Shown here: piece by piece, positions 7,501 through 14,353 of the stretch
Layout of the letters: each line of letters begins with the position of its first letter
Position numbering within the stretch: the stretch's first letter is position 1
Source: Methanobacteriota archaeon
GTDB taxonomy: Archaea; Thermoplasmatota; Poseidoniia; Poseidoniales; Thalassarchaeaceae
DNA length: 41,419 nt
Direction: 5' to 3'
Assembly: GCA_002723045.1 (NCBI GenBank)
Contig: PBNI01000033.1
Coordinates: 1 to 41,419, forward strand
The notes under the pieces: model-generated
Seen by the model: the letters and a program-made list of their open reading frames with translations, nothing else
Told to the model about the DNA's origin: nothing
Database searches by the model: none
Translations under genes and position numbers: made by a program

Positions 7501-10182
7501 TGTCCAGACCTCTACGACGGTCCCATTTGATGTGTTGATGACAGCTGCACCCTCGGTTGTGCCCGCGTAGAGGAGGTCAGAGCCGATTGGTTCCACGGAA
7601 ATCACGAATCTGGAAGGCATGCCATCGCCTTGCCCCCCCCCTCCACCGCCACCGCCTCCTGACGTCCAGCAGTCCTCTAGGGTGAATTGGGATTGGGGGT
7701 TGCTGGGATCGGGCCAGTTCCACATGCATGCCCCCCTGTTTGTACCAGCATAGACGCCGTTAGCATCGCTGGAGACGTCATAGAACTCGAAGGGGTCGTT
7801 GTTCCAACCGGGAATGCTGGTTGGGAGCAGGTCCCATGCTGAGCCGTCCCATCGGGCAAGACCGCCATTCGCATTTGCTCCGGAGTTCTGTACCTCGGAG
7901 CCGATCAGTAAACCCCCGTAGAAGTCCAATGAAAGGATGTTGACGTCCTCATCTGGGATGCCATTTGGATCGTCTGGTGTCCAAAGATCGAGGATATCGC
8001 TCGTCAGTCTGTCGATGAGTAGGACCCCCAGACCTGGGAGTCCGAGATAGATGACTTCCCCGTCAACTGCAACGGGGGTTGAGTCGAGGTTGTCCACACC
8101 CAGAGACTGCCATGAGCCTATGATTGCGGGAGTGCTTAGATCGATCCTCATCACCCCCGCCTCCTCTGTGGCGATGTATGCTATTCCGAATCTGGTTGCG
8201 ATATCTCGAGTCGTGTCTGAGTCCAATCCTTCCGATTCCGAATAAGTCTCGATTACGTTGTTGGAATCTGTAGAGTATAGTGAGATTCCAGATTCCGAAT
8301 GCCCGATAACTAGGATTCCTGAGTTGGAGTCGTATGCCATGCTGGTTATCGAGTTGGAGTTCAGCCCCTGGATTGTTTCGAAGTATGAGCCATCCACATT
8401 GCTCAACCTGTGAACGCCACTATTTGTGGTGCCAACCCAGACCCAACCGTCCTCGTCCTGCTCAATTGATGTGATGTCGCCGGGTTCTATCTGTGAAGTT
8501 AGACTGTCTCCGATGTCAATGGGTTCCTTCCATAGGTTGTCTCCCTTGTCCATGATGTCGATTATGCTCCCAGAGGCTATCCAGAACTCTCCGGCTTCTC
8601 CGTCATCTATGATCGCAGTGACTTCGGCGTCGTCGATCGAGGGGCTGCTGACAAGGTGGAAGGTTCCGTCCGAATTGTCTTCGAGGATCCGCCCAAATGT
8701 GCCGGATGAGTCGCCTATTATCGCCATTGAGTCTGAGGGGGCCCTTGGTAGGCCGCCGGGCCACGCACTGATGCTTGAAGCGGTGTCCAGCCCTAAGCTT
8801 TGCAATTGAATGTCCGAACTGAATAGCAGTAAATCTGTGTCGTAGGGTTGTACTTGCTCTTCCCCTAGGATGTAGAGCCATCCGGGAGCGGATGCCAGAC
8901 CGACTAAATTATCAGATGAAAGCCAATTCGAAGAAGTCCAAGAAGGCATCCAGGAGTTTGAAGAAAGGTCAAACCTGTCTATTCCTGAGTCAGAGGTTGC
9001 AATGTAAAGGATGTCGTCCGAAACAGAGATGTCTACGATTGAGTTCCCGGAGAGCAAGTTGGAATCATCCCATACGACGTTCCGTTCAACAACAAGGGAT
9101 GTGGGGTCAGAGGCCGATACGTTGTATTCAATTGCACGTAGGCCATTATCCGCGGTTGCTAGGAATATTTCCCTACCCTCGATATGGATGCCGACCGGTA
9201 TCTCGATCTCCGAAGATGTGCAGAACTCCAATGTCTTCCAAAGAGCACCCTTGGATGGCATGAGGTAGTGCATATTGCACTCGGAAACAGCCCAGAGAAC
9301 TCCGAAAACGTCTACTCCCATGGTCAGGATTGGATCTGAGAGAGATGAGTTGGTGTCCACGGGGAAGTCTACCAAGGGCTCGGAGTCAGAAAGACTCATG
9401 GCTGTGACGTTGCCATTGTAATCCCCTATGTAGAGTAGGTCCCTGTTAGGGTCTGAGGCAATTGATCGCCCTCCGATGCCAGGGGATATGTCGATAATGC
9501 GTTTGTTTGCGTTTTCATCCAACTGTAGGAGGTCGTCATCGACGAGGATATGCATCCTCCCATCGGTCGGGTTGTATGCACTGCCGTGAATCGATACCTC
9601 TAGAGGGCTGAATGATAGTTTTGGATCGACGGGCCGGAGGGCCTCCATTACCAAATCTGTGATTTCGATTCCTGTGGGAATCTGCCATGAAGCGTCACTG
9701 ATTGTATTTGGCTTCAAAGAGGCGTCCAAGATTCCACCTACTAGGCTTGGGGGGTTGTCGGCGAAGTTGTTTTGCCTCCCTAGGTCTCCTCTTCCGCTCC
9801 AGTCAAGTACGCTTGTCTGAGTATCCATTACTGCAATCTGAGGCTGATTGGCCCAATATCCATCGCTTCCATTCACAGAGATCTCCAGAGTGAGATTGTC
9901 AATGACCGCACCTGGTGCGAATTCCAGGAAAATGTCGGCCAGCGCAGGTGTCCCATTGGCAGCATCTGCGCCGGTGGCTTCCAAGACTAGCCATCCTGTG
10001 TCATTACTACCGTTTACCCCCCAGGACTTGCCGGATGATTCTTCTCTTGATTCGAAGTCATCTGAGAGTGATTGGAGGTCGAATGAAGAGGGCAGGCTGG
10101 TACCCCATGGGAGCAAAATCATTAGTGCAACAAGACCGATTGCCTGGGCTCTGCCAGATGGAGAAATATCTCTAGCGCACAT
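1588..10182 (-). CDS. Giant (~2865 aa) type-I cell-surface protein: signal peptide, multiple beta-propeller-like regions, six Fn3/Ig-like modules, one TM, acidic cytoplasmic tail
   Basis: An uninterrupted 8.6-kb ORF (track 1588..10203, whose first codon is TTG). I prefer ATG 10182 (MCARDISPSGRAQAIGLVALMILLPWG, signal-like). There are dozens of N-x-S/T sequons. Blade-like motifs include ITSIEQDEDGWVWVGTTNSGVHRL, ITSMAYDSNSGILVIGHSESGISLY and DISVSDDILYIATSDSGIDRFDL, which resemble Reg_prop-type propeller repeats. The TM NTVIMLISAIMVILGAALII lies at about 1945-2004. The 118-aa tail (1591-1944) has about 44 D/E versus 5 K/R by my count. Confidence 0.9.
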   Translation of the reverse strand: MCARDISPSGRAQAIGLVALMILLPWGTSLPSSFDLQSLSDDFESREESSGKSWGVNGSNDTGWLVLEATGADAANGTPALADIFLEFAPGAVIDNLTLEISVNGSDGYWANQPQIAVMDTQTSVLDWSGRGDLGRQNNFADNPPSLVGGILDASLKPNTISDASWQIPTGIEITDLVMEALRPVDPKLSFSPLEVSIHGSAYNPTDGRMHILVDDDLLQLDENANKRIIDISPGIGGRSIASDPNRDLLYIGDYNGNVTAMSLSDSEPLVDFPVDTNSSLSDPILTMGVDVFGVLWAVSECNMHYLMPSKGALWKTLEFCTSSEIEIPVGIHIEGREIFLATADNGLRAIEYNVSASDPTSLVVERNVVWDDSNLLSGNSIVDISVSDDILYIATSDSGIDRFDLSSNSWMPSWTSSNWLSSDNLVGLASAPGWLYILGEEQVQPYDTDLLLFSSDIQLQSLGLDTASSISAWPGGLPRAPSDSMAIIGDSSGTFGRILEDNSDGTFHLVSSPSIDDAEVTAIIDDGEAGEFWIASGSIIDIMDKGDNLWKEPIDIGDSLTSQIEPGDITSIEQDEDGWVWVGTTNSGVHRLSNVDGSYFETIQGLNSNSITSMAYDSNSGILVIGHSESGISLYSTDSNNVIETYSESEGLDSDTTRDIATRFGIAYIATEEAGVMRIDLSTPAIIGSWQSLGVDNLDSTPVAVDGEVIYLGLPGLGVLLIDRLTSDILDLWTPDDPNGIPDEDVNILSLDFYGGLLIGSEVQNSGANANGGLARWDGSAWDLLPTSIPGWNNDPFEFYDVSSDANGVYAGTNRGACMWNWPDPSNPQSQFTLEDCWTSGGGGGGGGGQGDGMPSRFVISVEPIGSDLLYAGTTEGAAVINTSNGTVVEVWTAGDDTERARVVKFGETLYLGFENIGIARFNLTSGSWLTPWDGSQGIIGDDDVTVMIEGREEGTIWAGGDFGLTLIDLVNETALIQWDRGANQDGPTLPNYSPAEILIVDEVMYYSPQRGNPWNSRDEVARINLDNNSTLQTIDAGERLGFNGVIHGMNQIGDEVWISVVETSGWGGSGDPGTILRWNTTSDGWEDDLQTIGDVGRVNAQYLGDCFPLNASCEMWVAYGDNILRRFSASNMTLLDQWNDVDGRIRGMVEYQGEYLFASMNGILRWNPSNETWQSSWLPGDGLPSDSELDFYSMKVVGDDLWASSGYGNDGHVMRLSGNNSNWTIWDVDTSDIPDGYGADILLCQDIVHVAIGFSAWQWWAVGGGIARFDLGDNDGDGITEEWITPITNDNSNMVDKDVRALACDEENEILYVGFDADNVGIDRFDYSANNFLDTLTPDMGVSENPVFPGGMLYEEDLLLVSHYDGNGGITRVITSGSSATSGQVIGIGMDSCSIVRAPTTSRSYAIGRSGDLSGINRVDRLDSTGLIEGGFDELVGLPSGVVHEMISNETHVWVTVGSSEYSYLASTVLQGELLDNGSVNWQYGFDALSESINEIMLVEQEIWATTVGNGLFSFNLSQRSTQQTPPALHNQMDGLLHDGENLFIGLMGWAGSSAGFQTFYPETRSWGQGSLLAGLPSNIVTDFVEYGEHILVSTHGGIGLWNLTKYDWDDPITTVDGLPTPISNHLFVPPAPVLGNGTVLVGGPTGMVVLDQNLGIVGTIGRADGLVGDFVSGIVYADSVSRTFNDTSTGSTITLHHDSAIFISHNGQGVTRPGVAAWDVSTDSYNGTYNIDMIPSNDVSAVETDLWGVHIATSNQPLVHWNGTSMSMEAGQGAIDLQAWPITDLASDGTHLAAISASKISIVRATGDHDVVTIGEMPGALAADADPWMGLAVLGEDGLHIFKPMETLREVPRENQRRAYPLNAIFADRTQDITDTTRPGMSTTLVSQDNPITIPLDQNQENSSDLLLYPGSLTFSSPAQGSWVWAKSTHLNYTGSWDIAALDPRIEESFQNAIFNTPPGSLSSSVHLQMQSPQDGRIKIRVSYDWERLEAPTVMTSLFDRPNDGGGVLHASWLPAQDSAWSAYRIYLWDSTDNPQWTPSKDDLPNLPSYQRVPYWSQTTAVFTTGNSNGSEVQLSDQRQYRAAVAIEYPDGSLGDPISWEGNATPTDETPSPPEWLDVQPISGGSPGTVSVEWSACQELDPQFTRIWAVQQEITNALALSDPIDFAFAAGNSSVLELDGNVPYWFAIVCVDEAGQFDPSNATVVGPVVTAGGLNDGIAPVPITGTTASDAPNDEGGRIIVTWNPNQEEDCSFHVIYILPASGWTAPTSVDGWPVAQFVTDCSTDEVVIDSIGNSTLENDVVYWIGVVAVDDWGNQNVDDVLVVETASYSEFDSTEFTPPDMVSGLQAWDHPDDDGTAIDVSWDRTLAEDFSHYTVWASDFPLNDLTEVNSACESSGACNLVTIDQRQIGNSPRLELTLSSALYGTEAEALSPSGISPDVPLYVTVTIHDLAGNVILSDLSDNMALVTPIDNRGDLFPPERVPSPTLVDRAPDSGDGVFVSFPSSSEPDIAEYRVFAVAGAPFDSAEGLEPVLVLDRSEGGQFLLEALSSGESIQPDVPMWVAVVSVDTSGNAWLDGLETSMISPVDENSQDPGIHLPEVSEVMAYWDSTGSRIEVLWAESEDPQVESYTVFASTMQFSDTRDAIIVASSVTSNASFDSIGPTLVSFSTPYWLSVVAFDGEVHRLSVDSIRVYPLSELTPGGSSDGPGADGESWFDQLVDGDLNTVIMLISAIMVILGAALIIRPREKTAPQPWEMGTQEVELEEEMTREAMGISEEDEIASSSLLRPQEGEEYPEDDMPENPIEEDPEEWQVPDVSVGDLLESETEEISLEGLNDLADGLVEEESEDIDVSFLDEVLDDD
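2083..4152 (-). repeat. Protein-level tandem array of six Fn3/Ig-like modules inside the giant gene
   Basis: A recurring signature appears every 109-139 aa: ASWLPAQDSAWSAYRIYLW (4143-4087), VSVEWSACQELDPQFTRIWAV (3786-3724), IIVTWNPNQEEDCSFHVIYIL (3459-3397), IDVSWDRTLAEDFSHYTVWAS (3099-3037), VFVSFPSSSEPDIAEYRVFAV (2682-2620) and IEVLWAESEDPQVESYTVFAS (2334-2272). Each is followed by a YW..VVA.D..GN-type strand (PYWFAIVCVDEAGQ, VYWIGVVAVDDWGN, PMWVAVVSVDTSGN, PYWLSVVAFDGE). Confidence 0.7.
7633..7641 (-). repeat. C9 (coding-strand G9) homopolymer inside a poly-glycine linker of the giant gene
   Basis: The + strand reads tgCCCCCCCCCtccaccgccaccgcctcc. It encodes SGGGGGGGGGQGDG between two propeller regions. 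Confidence 0.9.
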
Positions 10183-10208
10183 AGAACAAAGCAAGTCCCT
10201 CAATGTGC

Positions 10209-10216
10209 AATTTATG
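10209..10216 (-). promoter_or_regulatory. TATA-like box upstream of the giant gene
   Basis: The minus strand reads CATAAATT, centred about 31 nt upstream of ATG 10182. That fits a short-leader or leaderless transcript and favours ATG 10182 over TTG 10203. Confidence 0.3.
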
Positions 10217-10357
10217 AAGGGTAGGGGTACTCGTCCATTACTTGCTCAAACATTATCAAAGGAATGCACAAAAGACGGGAAACACATCCATATAGGCCGA
10301 TAATCCAACAATTAGCAATAGGATAGCATCAAAGGAGATGGTCGGTCCGGCAGCATC

Positions 10358-10364
10358 GAGGTGA
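10358..10364 (+). promoter_or_regulatory. Shine-Dalgarno site for maeB
   Basis: GAGGTGA lies 4 nt upstream of the GTG start at 10369. Confidence 0.6.
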
Positions 10365-10368
10365 CACA

Positions 10369-12657
10369 GTGAGCAACAAGCAACTGCGCGAGGACGCATT
10401 GAATTACCACTCTTCTGACCCTCCGGGAAAGGTGACCGTAGTACCAACCAAGCCCCATGGTACACAACGGGACCTCTCTCTGGCCTACTCTCCTGGTGTA
10501 GCTTACCCTTGTGAGGAAATAAAGGATAACCCCGATGATGCATACCGATATACCTCCAAAGGAAACCTAGTCGCCGTAATTAGCAACGGAACAGCCGTTT
10601 TGGGCCTCGGGGATATTGGGGCTCTAGCAAGCAAACCTGTGATGGAGGGGAAAGGGCTTCTCTTCAAGGCATTCGCAGACATTGACGTATTCGATATCGA
10701 AGTAGATAGGACTGATGTTGATCAGTTCGTTGAGGCGGTCAAGGCTATTGCACCGACTTTTGGAGGGATTAATCTCGAAGACATCAGTGCCCCTGAATGC
10801 TTCGAGATCGAGAAGAGGCTGGTAGAAGAGTTGGATATTCCTGTAATGCATGACGACCAGCATGGCACTGCAATCATTTCGGGGGCCGCTCTTCTAAATG
10901 GACTTGAAGTTGTCAGCAAGGAAATCGGTGATGTGAAAGTGGTAATCCTTGGAGCTGGTGCTTCGGCAATCTCATGTGCCAAGCATTACGTCAGACTCGG
11001 AGTCAATCCAGAGAATCTAATCATGCTTGATTCGAAGGGGATTATGACCTCTAAGAGGATGGCGAATGGGGAGTTGAATGAGTACAAATCTGAATTCGCA
11101 AGGGATATCGATGAAGGTGGTATTGGAGATGCTCTGAAGGATGCTGATGTGTTCTTAGGGCTATCAAAGGGAGGATTAGTTTCTCCGGAAATGGTTGAGG
11201 GAATGGCAGAAAGGCCCCTCATATTTGCCCTTGCAAATCCTGATCCAGAGATTACTCCGGAGCAGGTTTCTAGCGTTCGAGAAGATGCCATAGTGGCGAC
11301 TGGCAGATCTGATTATCCAAACCAGATAAACAACGTTCTTGGTTTCCCGTACATCTTCCGCGGGGCTCTAGATGTGAGAGCCAGTGAAATTACCGAGGGT
11401 ATGAAGATGGCTGCTACTAGAGCAATAGCTGAACTGGCAAAGGAGCCAGTGCCCGATGATGTGGCATCCGCATATGGAGGAGAGCAGATGTCATTCGGTC
11501 CAGAATACTTGATTCCAAAGCCATTCGATGCTAGAGTTCTGATATGGGAAGCGAGTGCGGTCGCTGAATCGGCAGTGAATGAAGGAGTAGCGCGAGTAAC
11601 CAAGAAGGAATTCGATATTGACGTCTACAGAGAGAAGTTGGAGTCCCGCCTGGGGCTTACAAGATCAATAATGAGGAGAGTGATCAACCAAGCCAAGAGG
11701 GATTTGAAGAGGATTGTCTTCTGTGAAGGAGAGGACCCTACTATTGTGAAGGCTGCCTCTCAGTGTATCTCTGAGAAGATTTGCGAGCCGATACTTCTTG
11801 GGCAGAAGAAGAGAATTGAGGCTGTAAAGGAAGAATTGGGTCTAGAATTCGAGTGCGAAATAATCGATGTTAGATATGACTCAAGGAGACGTGAAGGGTA
11901 TGCGGACGAATTGCATGAGTTACGTGGAAGAAGAGGGATGACCAAGGAGGATGCTGTAAGGGAACTGAAATCAACGACTTTCTTTGCACCTATGATGGTC
12001 AGAATGGGCGATGCTGATGGTTATCTGGGAGGAGTTTCACATCAATACCCAGATATCGTTAAACCCTGTTTGCAAGTTATTGGACCGGACCCCAACTCAC
12101 ACAGGATCGTGGGAATGTACATGATGACCGTTAATGGGCAATTGATGTTTATTGGGGATGCTACAATCAACATATATCCTGATTCTAGGACTCTTGCGGA
12201 GATTGCGATTCAGACTGCGAAGGTAGCTAGGAGGTTTGGAGTCAAGCCGAAGGTGGCTATGCTTTCATTCTCGAATTTTGGAACTTCCGCAGAGATGAGG
12301 ACCGACAGGATAGAAGAGGCGATTGAGATAGTGAGGGAAATAGAGCCCGATCTGGTTATTGATGGCCCAATGCAAGCAGATACCGCTCTGGTACCCGAAA
12401 TTCAGCAAGACTACCCCTTCATGTCCTTCGACGGACCGGCTAATGTCCTTATTTGTCCAAATCTTGCCTCGGCAAATATAGCATACAAGCTTCTGCAGAG
12501 GGTTGCCGGGGCTGAGATGACTGGTCCTATATTGGAAGGTCTTTCGAGGCCTGCTCACGTGCTTCAGCGTAGGGACAGTGCCAGAGACGTGGTCCACATG
12601 GCTGCAATATGTGCTGTTGATGCGCAAAGAGCAGCTAAGCAGAGGTTGATTGACTAG
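10369..12657 (+). CDS. maeB: NADP-dependent malic enzyme, MaeB-type fusion (malic enzyme domain plus C-terminal phosphotransacetylase-like domain)
   Basis: 762 aa. The N-terminus [20 protein letters not shown]...[10 protein letters not shown]...[15 protein letters not shown] is typical of prokaryotic malic enzymes. The roughly 330-aa C-terminal half ([13 protein letters not shown]...[10 protein letters not shown]) is PTA-like. It has a GTG start with an SD. Confidence 0.92.
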   Translation: MSNKQLREDALNYHSSDPPGKVTVVPTKPHGTQRDLSLAYSPGVAYPCEEIKDNPDDAYRYTSKGNLVAVISNGTAVLGLGDIGALASKPVMEGKGLLFKAFADIDVFDIEVDRTDVDQFVEAVKAIAPTFGGINLEDISAPECFEIEKRLVEELDIPVMHDDQHGTAIISGAALLNGLEVVSKEIGDVKVVILGAGASAISCAKHYVRLGVNPENLIMLDSKGIMTSKRMANGELNEYKSEFARDIDEGGIGDALKDADVFLGLSKGGLVSPEMVEGMAERPLIFALANPDPEITPEQVSSVREDAIVATGRSDYPNQINNVLGFPYIFRGALDVRASEITEGMKMAATRAIAELAKEPVPDDVASAYGGEQMSFGPEYLIPKPFDARVLIWEASAVAESAVNEGVARVTKKEFDIDVYREKLESRLGLTRSIMRRVINQAKRDLKRIVFCEGEDPTIVKAASQCISEKICEPILLGQKKRIEAVKEELGLEFECEIIDVRYDSRRREGYADELHELRGRRGMTKEDAVRELKSTTFFAPMMVRMGDADGYLGGVSHQYPDIVKPCLQVIGPDPNSHRIVGMYMMTVNGQLMFIGDATINIYPDSRTLAEIAIQTAKVARRFGVKPKVAMLSFSNFGTSAEMRTDRIEEAIEIVREIEPDLVIDGPMQADTALVPEIQQDYPFMSFDGPANVLICPNLASANIAYKLLQRVAGAEMTGPILEGLSRPAHVLQRRDSARDVVHMAAICAVDAQRAAKQRLID

Positions 12658-14249
12658 ATTGGTCTCGGACCGGATCTGATTACTTCCTCAGTGCAACCAT
12701 CAGTGTATTGCTCGAAGTTTTCAATGAACATCTGAGCCAGTAGGTTGGCCACATTGTCGTACCTCTTCTCATCATCCCAAGTTTCCCTCGGTTGTAGAAT
12801 CCTATCGGGAACTCCCTCACATGTTGTGGGGATTTCGAAGCCAAACCTCTCATCTTTGACGAAGACTACGTCAGCCAGGTCCCCATTGATCGCAGCATTG
12901 AGTAGGTTCCTGGTCCAACTAATCTTGATACGACTGCTCGCATCTGCTCCTCCTGCGATCCAGCCAGTATTGATTAGCCAGCACTTGGCGTTGTTTTCTC
13001 TAATCTTTTTCGAGAGCAAGTCTGCGTACGTGCTTGGGTGTCTTGGCATGAAAGGGGCCCCGAAACATGTTGAGAACGTTGCTTGGGGTTCTGTAACTCC
13101 CATCTCTGTTCCTGCGACCTTGGCAGTGTAGCCGGACATGAAGTGGTATGCAGCCTGCTCTGGGCTAAGTTTGGAAAGAGGTGGCAGCACACCAAAGGCA
13201 TCGCAAGTAAGGAATACCACGTCTTTCGGATTCCCTGCCATCGAATCTGGGGTTCGATTCTGAATGAACTCAATTGGGTACGATCCTCGTGTGTTCTGTG
13301 TGAGAGAGCCGTTGTCGAAGTCAGGAGTGCCATCTGCATTCAGCACCACATTTTCTAGAATCGAGCCGCGCATCTTTGTAGTAGCGAAGATGGCGGGCTC
13401 GTCCTCTTCGGATAGTCGGATCAGCTTGGCATAACATCCACCTTCGAAGTTGAAGACGCCCTTGTCCGACCACCCGTGCTCATCATCTCCTATGAGGGCC
13501 CGATGTGGGTCTGCCGACAGAGTTGTCTTTCCTGTTCCAGAAAGTCCGAAGAAAAGTGCGGATGCTTTTCCATCTGTATTGGCTGAACAATGCATTGGAA
13601 GAAGACCCTTAGTAGGAAGAATGTGGTTCATTATCGTGAATATTGCCTTCTTAATTTCCCCAGCATAATGGGTTCCGCCGATTATCACAAGACCCCTGTC
13701 GAGAGCAATTATGACGAAGACATCTGAGTTTACTCCATCGCTCATACTGGATTTCAATTCAGGAGCATGCAGGATAGTGAATTCTGGGATATGGGCAGCC
13801 ATCTCCTCCTCCGAAGCCCGAACGAACATGTTGTGCATGAAGGCTGCATGCCATGCCTTCTCTGTGACCAGTCTGACTGGCATCCTGAATTCTGGATCTG
13901 CGCCACAGAATGCATCTTTGACGAACAAATTCTCTGCAGCGTTTAGATGTGCGCGGGTCTTGACTAGCAGCCTCTCAAAAACAGCGGGCGCGGTGGGTCT
14001 ATTCACCTCACCCCACCAAACATCCTCTGCCATACCGGCCTCATCCACAATGAATCGGTCATTTGGTGAACGGCCGGTCCTCTCGCCTGTGACAGCAAGT
14101 AGTACCGAGTCAGACGTGAGCTTTGCCTCACCGAGTTCGACTGCTTGGGTGTGGAGTCCTTCGGAATCTATGTTCCAATGTACCTTTCCGGAAGGCTCGA
14201 GGCCATGTTGCGATAAATCAACGGCCCTTCCCTGAGAGGAACTCTGCAT
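12654..14249 (-). CDS. pckA: Phosphoenolpyruvate carboxykinase (ATP-dependent)
   Basis: 531 aa. It carries the kinase-1a motif FFGLSGTGKTTLSADP, LIGDDEHGW, and a GGTHYAGEIKK-type motif. Length and layout match ATP-PEPCK. Confidence 0.95.
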   Translation of the reverse strand: MQSSSQGRAVDLSQHGLEPSGKVHWNIDSEGLHTQAVELGEAKLTSDSVLLAVTGERTGRSPNDRFIVDEAGMAEDVWWGEVNRPTAPAVFERLLVKTRAHLNAAENLFVKDAFCGADPEFRMPVRLVTEKAWHAAFMHNMFVRASEEEMAAHIPEFTILHAPELKSSMSDGVNSDVFVIIALDRGLVIIGGTHYAGEIKKAIFTIMNHILPTKGLLPMHCSANTDGKASALFFGLSGTGKTTLSADPHRALIGDDEHGWSDKGVFNFEGGCYAKLIRLSEEDEPAIFATTKMRGSILENVVLNADGTPDFDNGSLTQNTRGSYPIEFIQNRTPDSMAGNPKDVVFLTCDAFGVLPPLSKLSPEQAAYHFMSGYTAKVAGTEMGVTEPQATFSTCFGAPFMPRHPSTYADLLSKKIRENNAKCWLINTGWIAGGADASSRIKISWTRNLLNAAINGDLADVVFVKDERFGFEIPTTCEGVPDRILQPRETWDDEKRYDNVANLLAQMFIENFEQYTDGCTEEVIRSGPRPI

Positions 14250-14258
14250 CCAACTTCC

Positions 14259-14275
14259 CCCGTCGTTCCGACGGG
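14259..14275 (-). promoter_or_regulatory. Perfect 7-bp GC-rich hairpin in the presumed pckA leader
   Basis: CCCGTCG (14259-14265), TTC loop, CGACGGG (14269-14275). It lies 10 nt upstream of the pckA ATG (14249). On the mRNA strand the 3' arm runs into GGGGGAAG, the only SD-like purine run before the ATG. Confidence 0.4.
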
Positions 14276-14353
14276 CATCAAGTCTTCAAGCATTACGGCT
14301 CGGAAAAAAATTCCTGCTAGGCATAATCGTTTGAATGGTGGCCATCAGGGGAT

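Noticed and set aside
1628-10303. Numerous 60-156-aa ORFs on both strands within the giant gene (e.g. 1628..2098, 2513..2848, 4646..5002, 5093..5497, 8426..8809, 9848..10303)
   Set aside because: All are nested in, or antisense to, one uninterrupted 8.6-kb frame with coherent domain repeats. Their translations are S/P/R-rich shadow sequences.
10256-10543. 95-aa minus-strand ORF spanning the divergent promoter region and the maeB start
   Set aside because: It overlaps the well-supported maeB N-terminus and its SD, and has no recognisable features.
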